A stretch of 64,000 nucleotides of DNA from Gracilinanus agilis. Its lineage: Eukaryota. Of this stretch, positions 1-12,517 are shown piece by piece. Position 1 is the stretch's first letter. The number at the start of each line of letters is the position of its first letter. Position numbers and translations under genes: made by a program. Below the pieces are notes generated by a model. The model was not told the origin of the DNA. It saw only the letters and a list, made by a program, of their open reading frames with translations, and did no database searches. Location: contig NC_058135.1 of assembly GCF_016433145.1 (NCBI RefSeq), positions 276,204,426 through 276,268,425 of the forward strand, in the 5' to 3' direction.

Positions 1-751
1 GAAGAAACCGAAGTTATCTTGGTCTGATCCATCAACTCCAGAAGGATTCCCATATTTTGAAGCTTGGCAATTGGGAAATTTCTATACTGTGAGGGGTATC
101 ATAGGTCTTTTACAAATCTGAGCCTAAGATTCTTCCCCTCAACAGTTGAATATATTTACCACCTTGGCATTAATATCAGCTTAAACCATATTTAACATCT
201 AAAGATATCTGATTATCCATCACAAGGAAGTTAGTGAGTTTGGGCCCTCATCTGTTAGGAGTTCTCAAGAAGCCTGACTGCTCCCCCTTTCAGAGTGGGA
301 AAACAGCAGACCAGACAGCAGCTTTGAGAAATAATACTAACACTAATGTGCTGATTTGTAGGTAAAAAAATGGCAAAATTAGATGATTAAATGAATTCTA
401 AGACTAATTTAAAGGTGAGATTTTTGTTGTTGTGGTTTATTTGTTTTTGTTGTTGTTTTTTAAGTTTATTTATCACCTAAGTCACTTTACCTTACTGAAC
501 CTCTATTGATTCAATGGGGAAAAATTGGACTAGAGGGTTTCTGAGGTCCTTTTTTTCTTTATATTAATGATATATTATCTAAGAGAATATGTTCCTCTTC
601 TTTTTCGATTTCAATTTTTCAATGAAAAACATTTTTATGTACTGGTTCCATCTTGATGACTTTACTGAACTTTTTTCCTTCTTTTTTGTATTCCAGATTA
701 ATTCCATTTTTGTTTTCTTTCTTGCAGTAATTGATATGAAAAACCAAGTAA

Positions 752-1690
752 ATGGCCACAGAAAATTCTACAGTGGTTACAGAGTTCCTCCTTTTAGGAC
801 TGACAGATCATGCAGAATTGAAAGTGCTTCTCTTTATTCTTTTCCTGATAATATATATAATTTCTTTGGTGGGAAATGTGGGTATGATTGTATTAATTCG
901 AATCTCCCCTAAGCTTCACACTCCTATGTATTTTTTTCTGAGTTGTCTCTCGTTAGTTGATGCTTGTTATTGTTTTGTCTTTGGACCTGAAATGCTTCTG
1001 AATTTCTTTGAGGAGAAGGCAACTATATCATTTGCTGCTTGTATATTACAATACTTTGTATTTGCAGAACTTATTACCACTGAAGGTTTTTTCTTAGCAG
1101 TGATGGCATTTGATAGGTATATGGCGATTGCTAATCCATTACTTTACATGGTGGTCATGACTAAAAAAGTGTGTGCCATTCTGGTCATTGGATCATGTAT
1201 AGGAGGAATCATTAATTCATTGACCCATACAATTGGATTAGTCAGATTGTCTTACTGTGGACCAAATGTAATCAGCCATTTCTTCTGTGATGTGCCCCCA
1301 CTGTTGGAGCTTTCGTGCTCTGACACTTCTGGAAATGAATTGTTGCTCCTGATATTCTCAGGTGTAATTGCTATAATGACCTTCTTAACAGTGATCATCT
1401 CTTATATCTTCATTGTTGTTGCCATCCTCAGGATCCGCTCAGCAGCTGGTACACGTAAAGCCTTCTCCACCTGTGCTTCCCACCTGACAGCTGTGACTTT
1501 GTTCTATGGGTCTGTAAGCTTTAGCTACATTCAGCCAAGTTCACAGTATTCCATGGATCAAGAGAAAGTTGTTTCAGTATTTTATACTATCGTAATCCCA
1601 ATGCTTAACCCATTGATTTATAGCCTAAGAAACAAGGAAGTCAAAGATGCTGTGAAAAGGGCAATAGAATTGAAACCATCTTTTTGTTAA
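752..1690 (+). CDS. OR5J2-like: Olfactory receptor, class II family 5, OR5J2-like paralogue 1 (312 aa, intact)
   Basis: Intact ORF with OR motifs [45 protein letters not shown] and an N-glycosylation site at N5. SCSDTSxNELLLLxFSG, [14 protein letters not shown] and KRAIE match recalled human OR5J2. Acceptor cttgcag ends at 727. Confidence 0.95.
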   Translation: MATENSTVVTEFLLLGLTDHAELKVLLFILFLIIYIISLVGNVGMIVLIRISPKLHTPMYFFLSCLSLVDACYCFVFGPEMLLNFFEEKATISFAACILQYFVFAELITTEGFFLAVMAFDRYMAIANPLLYMVVMTKKVCAILVIGSCIGGIINSLTHTIGLVRLSYCGPNVISHFFCDVPPLLELSCSDTSGNELLLLIFSGVIAIMTFLTVIISYIFIVVAILRIRSAAGTRKAFSTCASHLTAVTLFYGSVSFSYIQPSSQYSMDQEKVVSVFYTIVIPMLNPLIYSLRNKEVKDAVKRAIELKPSFC

Positions 1691-2452
1691 TGTTATCACA
1701 GTGATGTGATATATTTGGTCCAAAAAATAATGCAACAGCCATAAGGGAACATCATGCAAAACATTTACAAACAATATGAATTTAGAGTTGGTAAAGGCAT
1801 TGTTAAATGGTCTCTAGAATGTTAGATCTGGGACATCCTCAAAGTTCAACAAGTAAGAACCAATATATTTTTTTCAAGTTTCAGAGTAGATAATGAAGAC
1901 ATAGAAGAAATTTAGACTATCTACAACCATATATCCAGTAGTTGAGTAAAATGTGTAAGCCAGATATTCTGCTGCATGTTCTAGTCCACCCCCTTCTTGC
2001 CATGGACTCCCATGCTTGAAGCTCTCACATTTTAATAATTGTTCATGTTCATTCAATCCCATATTTCCATGAAATGGCAAGAATTAGGTTTAGGAAAATT
2101 TATATAGAGCCAATTTATCATTCTCCAGCAAGGAAAGTATCTTGGGATATAATAGAATATCTGAGTTGCAAAAGAATTTTGAAACAAAAAATTAAAATTT
2201 GGGTGCATTCTTCCCCACAAAAATAATCAAGTATAATCCTTCAGTTTTACAGATGAATTAAATAATTGTATCAATTTTTACAACTAACATAAATGGAAAT
2301 GAAATATAGATCATTATAAGTTTATATTAGGGATATTTGTATAACATTTTCTATTGACTACTGACATGCATTATAATTACCATTTTATTGAAATTATATA
2401 TCAAGAACCTTGACTCTGACTAACCTTTATCATGATATCATTAATCTTTATG

Positions 2453-2526
2453 GAAAAAAGAGGCAAAGTATACTGTGAAGGGTGCAATGGAATTGAAACA
2501 TTTTTTCTGTTAATGTCATCACAGTG
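2453..2526 (+). pseudogene. Degenerate copy of the OR5J2-like C-terminus plus the start of the 3'UTR
   Basis: tactgtgaagggtgcaatggaattgaaacattttttctgttaatgtcatcacagtg aligns to the gene-1 end gctgtgaaaagggcaatagaattgaaaccatctttttgttaatgttatcacagtg. Confidence 0.75.
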
Positions 2527-2589
2527 GTAGCCATGGTTCCCAAATATTATTAATCATTTTGTATAGAAGATTAAAATAGCATGAAGTCA

Positions 2590-5050
2590 CAGGTTCCCGA
2601 GGAGCAATATCACTTCTGTTTTCAAGGGATAAGAGTTCTTGAACAGCTGTACCAATTGCAATCCCAAAGGATCAGAAATCCTTCCTGGTTAAGGACCCCA
2701 GGATAGGTCAGGAATGTAGTTATCACATTTCTATTCAGATCATACATTGTAAGCCCTGAAAACTGTCAAAACTCCAGAAATAACACTTAAAACAGTAGTG
2801 CAAAAAATCCTGAAGCTTGGTATATAAACACCTTCCTCTCCCTAAGAGAGTAATAGAAAGTAACTTTAACACTAAATTCAGAATGAACATATACCCTGGA
2901 AAAAAATAGGAGGAAAAAATCATGACCACAAAAATATAATTGTGACAGATGATTAAGAAATAAACTTTGAAAAAGGAGAAAACAATATTAAAACAGCTTC
3001 ATGCAATGCATCAAATAAAGAAAATGAATTGGACAAGAGACAAAACAAATTTGCAGAAGAAATTAAGAAAATTTTTTAAAACAACTTAGAGTGGAAGTGG
3101 ACACTTGGGGGAAAAAAGAGAGCTGAGCTAAAGAGGGGGAAATGTTGAAAAATAAGTAAATAGGTTATTAAGATGCACAAAACAACCTGAAAATTACCTG
3201 CATGAAAAACAAAATTAATAGAATGGGAAAAGAGTGGAAAAATGAAATGATGGTATAACTCTGTAAAAGGAAGAATTAACTAAATGGAAAAAGAGGCACT
3301 AAAGCTCAATGAGGAATGACATTCCTAAAAAAATCAGAATTTTGCATCTGAAAGCTAATGACTCAACATCATATCAAAAAAAAAATAAAGCAACATTTAA
3401 AAACCTTAAAAAATGGATGGATTTCATCTGAGTAGAAAATGGCATGGAAAATAGATAGAGGAGAAATGATTTAAGAATTGTTGGACTACCTGGAAGCCAC
3501 AATGAAAAAAGGAACTTAGACATCATATATAAAGAAATTATCATCAAAAAATCTTGCAATATCCTAGAACCATATGTTAAAATAGAAATGGAAAGAATCT
3601 GCTTATCATTAGATGAAAGTGACCTTAAAATGAAAAGTCCCAGAATATTATAGCCAAATTCCAGAAGTCACAGGTTAAAGAGAATTATTTCAAGCAATCG
3701 GAAACAAACCACATAAATACTCATAGAATCATGCAAAATTTAGCAACCGCTATATAAAATGAAAAGAGGTTTTGGAATAAGATATTCTGAATGGCAAAAA
3801 ACTAGGATTTCAAAATAAGAATTACCTACCCCAGTCCCCTCAAAAAATAATTACCTACCCAACAAAAAATATATAATTCTTTAAGGGAAAAGTAATATTT
3901 AGTGAGAGGCCTTTCAAGTATTCTAGATGAAAAGATAAAAGCTGAATATATACTTTGACATTCAAATACATGACTCAAGATAAAAAATAAACATGAAAAA
4001 AGATCATAAATATATGAAGCATTTCTTAAACATTATAACTAGTCTGAAACCAAAAGCAAGCAATATCTTTAATGAGTCTGAATTTGAGGCTTCCCCAAGA
4101 AGATCAGGGATTAAACAAGGATGCCCAATATTGCCACTATTTTTCAGTATTATATTATAAATAAAATTATAGCAATAATGAGAAAATAAATCAAATGAAT
4201 AATCACAGGAAATGAGGGGGGAAAGCATCATGCTCGTTGAGAATGATATGATGTTATACTTAAAGAAACCTAGAGAACTGTCTAACAAATTTTAAAAAGT
4301 TCAACATAGTTGCAGAATACAAAATGAATCTACATAATTCATAAACATTTCTACATTTCGCATAAAAATAAGAAAAATAAAGAGAAATTACAACTAAAAT
4401 GACTGCCTACAATATAAAATACTTAGGAGTCTAATTGCAGAGACAAACCCATAGACTCATATGAACACAATCACAAAACACTTTTCACTCAGCAACATGT
4501 TGACACAGAAAAATAACAATTTGATAGAAAAAATATAATCGCAGATAGAACAAATGTAATAAAAATTACAACGCTCTCTTACATAATTTATTTATTTGTA
4601 TATCAATCAAATTAACAAAGAATTATTTTTCACAGCTACAAAAAACTAATCATGAAATTCATCTGGAAGAATAGAAGATCAAAATTACCAAAATGATTAA
4701 TGAAGAAAATTTGTAGGAATGTGGTTTAGCTTAACATATTTGGAACTATATTACAAACATGTAATCATCAAAACAATTTGTTTCTGGCTAAAAATAAAGT
4801 GGTAGATCAGTGGAATAGATTAGATACACACTATGCAATAGTATAAATTATCATAATAAACTAATTTTTTGATAAATCCAAAGATCCAAGCCTTTGAAGT
4901 AACAACTAACCATTCATAAAAATTGCTGGGAAATCAGAAATCAATTTGGAGGAAACTAGGTGTAGAATAGCATCTCATATAATCTATCAAGAAAAATTTG
5001 AAAATGGATTAATGATATCAAAAAAGTAAAGGGTTATTAACAGGGTAAAA
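2590..5050 (+). mobile_element. Old degenerate L1 (5'UTR part, ORF1, internally deleted ORF2)
   Basis: ORF1-like gaaagctaatgactc and RT-like gatcagggattaaacaaggatgccca, with many stops. Boundaries approximate. Confidence 0.65.
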
Positions 5051-5194
5051 ATGGTTATAGATAAGTGAAGAAAGAAGAACAACTTTGAGGGGAAAAAACA
5101 CCTGGCACATAAGGGATAATTGGTAATATCAAAAAGAATAGTTTTTGTTGGATGATGGAGTTGGGAGATAGCATGACAATACTTTTTTCCCCTT

Positions 5195-6300
5195 TCTAAT
5201 GAGGTATTTCTTGTTTTTTATTATTTTTCCAATTACATATAAAATAATTTTTAACATTCATTTTCTGACATTTTGTTATCCATATTGTTTCCCTCCCTCC
5301 CACTTCTCCTCTGTCCCTGAGGCATTAAGAAATGTTTTTCATGCCTTTTCATAAAATACATAATTCCATTGTCATGTGAAAGGAACACATATATCATATT
5401 TAAAAAGACATTCATGAAGGAAATAAAGTAAAAATGGAATGCTTTGATCTGAATTTATGACTCAGTCTATGGTAGTGAATAGCCTTTTTCATCATGAATT
5501 TCTTGAGGTTGTCTTGAATCTCTACATCTTTGGTAAAGCTAAGTCCTTCACAGCTGATCATCATACAATATTGATCTTACTGTGTGCAATGTTCTCCTTG
5601 TTCTGTTCACTTCACTTTGCATCACTTCATATCTTTCCACATTTTTTGTGCTCATCTTATTATTTCTTTTGGCAAAATAGAATTCCATTACATATCTGTA
5701 AGACAATTTGTTTTGACATTCCCCAATTTGAAGGGCATCCATTCAGTTTCAAGTTCTTTGTCATCATTAAAGAGAGCTATATAAATATTTTTGTACAAAT
5801 AGGTCCTTTACCCCTACCTTAAATCTCACTGGGTTATAAACCTAATAGTGGTTGTGGTGCCTCAAAGTATATGCACAGTTTTATGACCTTTGGGGCATGG
5901 TTGCAAATTGCTCTCCAGAATGTTTTATCAATTCATAACTCTGCCAATAGTGTATATGTGTCCTGTTTATTCCACATTCTCTCCAATATTTTTATTTTCA
6001 TTTTTGGTGTCATATTATCTATTTATGATACATGAGATGTTTTAATTTTCATTTCTCAAATTAATAGAGATTTGGAGCACTTTTCATATGAATAAAGATA
6101 TTTTTAATTTCTTCATCTGAGAATTGCCTGTTATTATCTTTTGAAAACTGTTCAACTGGGGAATCCTTTGTATTCTTATAAATTTGACTCAGTTCTCTCT
6201 ATATTTGAGAAATTAAGCTTTTGTCAGATATACTAAGTATATTTTCCCTTTTGTTGTTTTCCTTCTAATCTTGGTTCCATTGGTTTGGCTCTAATTTTTT
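5195..6300 (-). mobile_element. Old L1 3' end (reverse orientation)
   Basis: T-rich tail followed by the antisense 3'UTR/ORF2 end (aagtccttcacagctgatcatcatacaat; gttgcaaattgctctccagaatg). Confidence 0.7.
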
Positions 6301-6599
6301 TAATAATATACTCCATATTTTTTCCTTCCTGGATTGTTTTGTTGCATAACTTCCAGAAGATAAACAATTATGAATAGCCAAAGAACTTTCTAGAATTACA
6401 ATCAAAGTTTATTTTTTCTTCTAAAGTGATTTAACAACCACTTGAAGAAGTCTCCTTATTTATTATGCTCCTTGACTTCAGAAACCACTCAAAGTTAGAA
6501 TTTTTATGTTCACTTAGGTTCAATAGGGATTTTTCTGCCTGGCCTCTCCAATCTCTCCCATTATGTATAAAATCCTTTCTTGAAATTACAAACTGCCTC

Positions 6600-7027
6600 T
6601 GGACATGGAAGTACTTAATTGATAATGTGCTACCTGTGATTTTGTTGAGTTCCCCAAGGTCTTGAATGATACTCTTAATAATGCATTTTTGTTGTTTACT
6701 TTAGCTTTGGCTGATCTCCAGAGAATGTGTCTCCAAGTGCAAGAAATATATAAACAAATCTCTCTTGTCAGAAATATTAAAGGAAAGAATTGTCTTCTAC
6801 CTCACCATCTAACAATTTAATAACATTATCATTGTTTTTTTATTCTTACAAGTATCTGAAAACATGATTACTTTGGTTCTTTTTCTTGGACTTTTTTTCA
6901 GTTTCGCATAATGTGAAGCACAGTAAAATTATGATATACTACAATTTTTGGCATACGTGATTAAGGAATTGAAAATTGCCTGGCTAATTTAATGAAGTTG
7001 AAATCTCAATCACTTTATTTTGTAAGT
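6600..7027 (+). promoter_or_regulatory. Putative promoter and non-coding first exon of OR paralogue 2
   Basis: TAATTG 6616, TAATAA 6676, O/E-like CTCCAGAGA 6716-6724, TATATAAA 6747, donor GTAAGT 7022. Homologous to the blocks upstream of paralogues 3 and 4. Confidence 0.55.
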
Positions 7028-8214
7028 CAAATGCATTCCTTGAAATGTCCTTTTATTTCCTTTTATTTTAATTTTACTCATATTTTGATTTTAATGGATA
7101 AAGTATTTTAACATAAAGGAAAAATTTGGAACTTATTTTTGAAATACTGTCTTTGTAGAATAATTTTGACACAGCTACTTAATGTGAAGCCTCTTTGGGC
7201 CTCAATTTCTTTACCTAGAAAATTTGGAGGAATAATTATATTACTAAATCACAGGATGTCTATAAGTGAGAAACATATTTGATAATGTATATACAGTTTT
7301 CATATACCTGAATTGGTTATATAAAAGTTTTTGTTGTCATTGTTATTGATGATATATGTGAGGATGAAGGCAAACTAGTTCAGGTGTTCAGTTGTGCCTT
7401 TAAATAAAGGTAGGATTTCAAATTGAGATGGAAAGATTAAAAGCAACAATAATAGTGTGAACAAAGATTCATATGGAAAAAATTAAGTTTCATCTACAAA
7501 ATAATCAGCCAAATCCCTTTTATTCATAAAATGATTAACCAATACCTTTTGGCTTGATCATGAGAATCCAACAAGTTCACAGGTTTGCGACTGATATATC
7601 TTAAGTAGAATTGTGGTCTAAGAAAGATAATATTTAATTAGAAGCCAAAAGCCCAAGAAATGGGCATCAGAAATACTAGATTTAAGTCCTATATGATATC
7701 TATGTAATATGTAAATTTACAGCATTTCTAACTCTCAGTATCCTCATTTTCAGTTTTACTTAATCACTTTACCTACTTGGCTGGCCTTGCCTTCACATTA
7801 AGAAAAGATTAAAGTATTGCTTCTATTTGTACTTGCTTTATCTTCAATATTGCCTTAAATCGTGTCTATATGATCTACATTCACAAAGAGTTAAACACTT
7901 TGGAGAAATATTGAATTTGAAAAGATAGTGATGTAAATAGCTATAATTTTTTGCATAAGAGAAGAAAATGATAATTTTTCCAACTCCCTCATTTTATATT
8001 TGATAATATCCTTTCTAATAGTCTTGTGAAATAGACACACACAGAGAGATATAAGGGCCAGAACAACAATTCTGAAGATACAAAATTCATTGGATGGTCA
8101 AATCCTAAAAAAAATCAGTACTTCTTAAATGTAAGTATCAAAGGAATTTTCTAATGAAGTACACCAAGGATGATACATATAAGCTGAATTATAATCCTGA
8201 CAATTTATTATTTC

Positions 8215-8388
8215 CTTTTTTTTAACCCTTACCTTCCGTCTTGGAGTCAATACTATGTATTGGCTCCAAGGCAGAAGAGTGGGAAGGGTAGGCAATGGGG
8301 TCAAGTGACTTGCCCAGGGTCACACAGATGGGAAGTGTCTGAGGTCAGATTTAAACCTAGGACCTCCCATCTAGGCCTGGCTCTTAAT
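8215..8388 (-). mobile_element. SINE1_Mdo-type SINE, 5'-truncated, 14-bp TSD
   Basis: Reverse complement of the opossum SINE1 consensus. TSD caatttattatttc at 8201-8214 and 8389-8402. Confidence 0.9.
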
Positions 8389-8829
8389 CAATTTATTATT
8401 TCAAATACAACCTAATTTCAACTTTTTGAATGATATTCCATTAGAGAATTCACAGATAAGTTAAGAATTCAGGCAGGATCAGAAAATATCTTGCTAATCT
8501 AATACTTTAGTTTTATTCTAAATTAAATGTATCCAATGGGAGAAATGGTAAAATCCTGTAGATAAAAATGAAAATTTCACAAGGAAAAGATGGAGCAAAT
8601 ATAGCCATAGAGAAGAGTCTCATGAGAAAGAAAAGATATGAATAATGGGAAAAATAATGAATTTCAAAGTCAATTATGTTAGAAGCATGATATGTCAGCT
8701 CAAAACCATATATCCTCAAATCATATCTTAATAAATGAATAAAATCATATTGTATGATATAAATGAGAGGAGAGTTTTGTGGTAATCCTCCTTGATATGT
8801 ACACATTTGTAGTTTGTGATACATTAGGA

Positions 8830-9190
8830 GAACAATGTTTTAGAAATGACATTTGTCAGTTTATGTCTATCTTGAAGAACTTGACTAAGATTGTCAGTAT
8901 ACTGTGTCATTTCTTCTATATTTAGATAATTAGCCATATATAGGATAGAAAATACTTTATATTTATATGTTACCTGCCTCAACTATTAAACAGTAGTCAT
9001 GTGAAAGAAATTTGGAACATTTTTGGTTTGAAATTTGAGCTTTCTTTTTATGAAGAATTAGAAAGAGCTAAATTTGGTTTCTTAATAAGGAAAAAAACAA
9101 CAACTTCCTAACAACTGGAGCTATGCAACCTTGGAATGAATTGCTAAAAGTGGTAGTGGGTGGCCCTTATGTGTGTCTCCTCTCTAAGTG
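8830..9190 (+). mobile_element. L3/CR1 remnant (paralogous to ~33880-34400)
   Basis: cttcctaacaactggagctatgcaaccttggaatgaattgc resembles the CR1/L3 3' region. Confidence 0.55.
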
Positions 9191-10274
9191 GAGAAGAGTA
9201 CTTATCATTTGTGTTATCAGAGAGATCAGTGAAGGTTTAAGTATCTTCCTCAGTCTTTTGATACCTTATTTATTAATAATCTCCTATTTTTTCTATTGAT
9301 ACAAAAGAGAAACATCCTCCAGGAGAAAAAGAAGCCACTAAATAACTTCCTTTGATTAAAAAAAAATGTAGTAAAGTTCAATGGATAATATCCATAAAAC
9401 TTGAAAGGAAGCACAAAGTACATTGATTGTATAGATGAGAAACCTCATTTTCAGAGTAATTACTACACTCATATTCAGTAGCAGAAATGAAACTGGATTA
9501 AATATAGCACATGTACTCAGTGCCAAAAATAAGACTGAAATTCAAGCCCCATTATGTTATGTTCTATATTCTTTTCTCTGCAATATGATGAGTCCATAGT
9601 ATTAATTCAAAACTTAACTAGACACAATAATAAAATAATACTCTAAAGCAAATTCTGAGACTGATATGACTGTCTCTTTGTAAAATTTTCTCATGCTCTA
9701 CCTACCTATCTCTATCTTTTTCTCTTCTCCCACCTAAATGATTCAGAAGAAAGAATAAATGGGAGGGGACTAAGAGACACAGAATCTAGTCTCAGTTCTT
9801 CCACTAAGTTCTAGAACAGGTAATTTGCTCTTTCAGGACCTCACTTTATTAATTTTTAAAATGGCAATACTGGACTATAAAATATCTAAAAATTTTAGGA
9901 ATTTGGACTTTCAGTTACTACATTTTAAGACCTTTGTTTATACCTCTGATATTCAGTGTTCTAAGGTACCTCCAAGTTGCAATGTTCTGTTTTCAAAACC
10001 ATTTGAGTGGGAGGCTCTTTGTAGGTCTTACATTCTAAAATTCTGATGGGTAAGAATATGAATCATTCCTAAATGGAAGAAACTGATGAAATTAAATTTT
10101 ATTTTTTTTCAAAGAAACAATGATGTGCTTACATTTATGCTAGAGTGATAATAAGATTCTTGGAGACACTCAAAACTTGTTTACTGAATTTCTTTCGCAA
10201 ATTCCATTTTTAATGGACCTAATAATCCAAACAAGGAGTTGAGACCAGGGTATCCTGCCAGAAAAATTATAAAG

Positions 10275-10470
10275 AAAGACACTGGATTAGAGATCTCAAG
10301 TCAAGCAGATCTGTTTTCCAATATAGTCTCAGACAATTTTTAGTTGTGTAACTCTGTTATTTAACTTCATTCTGCCTTCATTTCTTACCAATAAATATAG
10401 CATAATAATGAAATTTATCTCAGGTTTTTTAAGAGGGGGAAATAGGATTAATGCTTATAAAGTGCTTATA
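10275..10470 (+). mobile_element. MIR-type CORE-SINE remnant
   Basis: Degenerate tRNA head plus CORE (ttgtgtaact...ctgccttcatttctt). Confidence 0.5.
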
Positions 10471-10598
10471 ATGGTCTAAAGTGAAGATATGAAATTAAAT
10501 TTTAATACAATTAATTAAAATTCAATTAATACATATATTTATTTATCAAAATTATATACACATTTAAGATTTATGATATTTTTTCCATGTAGCTTTAG

Positions 10599-10643
10599 AG
10601 TTTAAATGTACCTAACTAGTTTAAATGTACCTAACTAGTTTAA
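10599..10643. repeat. 19-bp perfect tandem duplication (agtttaaatgtacctaact x2.4)
   Basis: Read directly from the sequence. Confidence 0.9.
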
Positions 10644-11581
10644 CCCTCTGTTGAAGTGGTTTCTTTTCTCAAACATTTCTGTGAAATAGTCATCTAGCAT
10701 TTTCTTTAAAATTCCAACAGAAAGGAGAAGTGCTATTTATAGATGTAGTCCATTACACCCATACATAGTTCCATTAGGAAATTTTCCCTTTAAAGAAACA
10801 AAATTATTTTATTCATAAGTCCTAAGCTCAAATCCATACATTCATACATATTACTTGTGTTGTCTTGAATAAGTCATTTCTCTATAACATGAGAGTATTT
10901 TACGTAGGATAATTCTGGCTCTAAAATTTTGTCCTTAGGTGAAAAAGGTCAATTGAATGGAATATTCTCATTCTACTTGAAAGTTTCTCTTTTCAGAGTG
11001 AGTATTGTATAACAGAAAGAGATCCAGGTATGATTTTTAGATATCCAGTTTAGACTACATATTCATTTCAGGAATTCAGATCAACAGAGGATAAAACAAG
11101 GGGCAATATTATAGAAACTATCTAATCTGAAAACCTCCATTCTCTTCACTACCTCTTATTTGGTCCTCAGTTTTATCATCTCTAATAGGATCAGGTGGAA
11201 CTATAAAGCCTCTACCCTTAAATGGAGCATAGAGATTGCAATACAATGAAAAGATAATTGGTTCTAGAATGAGAATATATGGAATTTTTAAAAGTATTTT
11301 TGGTGCTTATTTTAAAAAGTTATTTTATCTGATTGTACCTCAATTTGTTAATTGCAAGGAAAAGAATAGTTTCTGAGTTTTCTTTCTACTCTACTTCCAT
11401 GATGTATGAACAGATTCCTTATTACCCTCAAGCCTATGCAATTTTTAGTACAAAAAATTTTTATTGAACTAGTTCTACCTTGAGCAGTCATAGTTAGTCT
11501 TCATGTCTTTGCTTCTCTTTTTTTAAATTAATTTTATTTTTTTTTCTCTCTCACAGTTATTGGCATGAAAAAAGTCTTTGA

Positions 11582-12517
11582 ATGGCCATCAAAAATTCCA
11601 CAGTGGTAACAGAGTTCCTTCTTTTAGGACTGACAGACCATGAAGAATTAAAAGTATTTCTTTTTATTCTTTTCCTACTGATATATGTAATTTCTTTGGT
11701 GGGAAATCTTGGTATGTTTATATTAATTCAAATCACCCCTAAACTTCATACTCCCATGTATTTTTTCCTCAGCTGTCTCTCATTTGTTGATGCTTGCTAC
11801 TGTTCTGTCTCTGGACCAAAAATGCTTGTGAATTTCTTTAAACAGGCAACCATATCATTCAGTGCTTGTATACTGCAAGGTTTTTTATTTGGGGTCTTTG
11901 TTACCACTGAGGGATTTTTCCTAGCTGTGATGGCATATGACCGCTATGTGGCAATTGCTAATCCTCTGCTTTACATGGTGGTCATGACCAAAAGAGTATG
12001 TATAATCCTAGTCTTTGGGTCATGTATAGGTGGGATGATTAATTCACTGACTCACTCTATTGGCCTAGTCAAATTATCTTTTTGTGGGCCAAACATTATT
12101 AGCCATTTCTTCTGTGATGTGCCTGCAATGTTAAAACTCTCCTGCTCTGACACTTCCAGAAATGAGCTGTTGCTCCTGATATTCTCAGGAGTAATTGCCA
12201 TAATTACCTTCTTGACTGTGGTTATTTCTTATATTTTCATTGTTGTTGCAATTCTTAGGATCCGCTCAACAGCTGGAAAACGTAAAGCCTTCTCTACCTG
12301 TGCTTCTCACATGATAGCTGTGACCTTGTTCTATGGATCCATAACCTTTAGTTACATTCAGCCAAGTTCCCAATATTCCATGGAACAAGAGAAAGTTGTT
12401 TCTGTGTTTTATACCTTGGTGATTCCAATGTTGAATCCTTTGATCTATAGTCTAAGGAACAAAGAGGTCAAGGATGCTGTGAAAAGGGCAAGAGAATTGA
12501 AACCATCTTTTTGTTAA
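11582..12517 (+). CDS. OR5J2-like: Olfactory receptor OR5J2-like paralogue 2 (311 aa, intact)
   Basis: All canonical OR motifs present. One-codon deletion after TM2, shared with paralogue 3. TM3 GVFVTTEG resembles human OR5J2. Acceptor tcacag ends at 11556. Confidence 0.95.
   Translation: MAIKNSTVVTEFLLLGLTDHEELKVFLFILFLLIYVISLVGNLGMFILIQITPKLHTPMYFFLSCLSFVDACYCSVSGPKMLVNFFKQATISFSACILQGFLFGVFVTTEGFFLAVMAYDRYVAIANPLLYMVVMTKRVCIILVFGSCIGGMINSLTHSIGLVKLSFCGPNIISHFFCDVPAMLKLSCSDTSRNELLLLIFSGVIAIITFLTVVISYIFIVVAILRIRSTAGKRKAFSTCASHMIAVTLFYGSITFSYIQPSSQYSMEQEKVVSVFYTLVIPMLNPLIYSLRNKEVKDAVKRARELKPSFC

Noticed and set aside
589-735. Upstream part of the 107-aa ORF 589-912 as a separate gene
   Set aside because: It lies in intronic T-rich sequence. 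Only the portion from 736 is plausible, as a uORF.
905-991. Gene conversion between paralogues 1 and 3 as the cause of shared S52/L68/E80
   Set aside because: The codons differ and nearby synonymous sites (cac act cct vs cat act ccc) follow the (1,4)(2,3) grouping.
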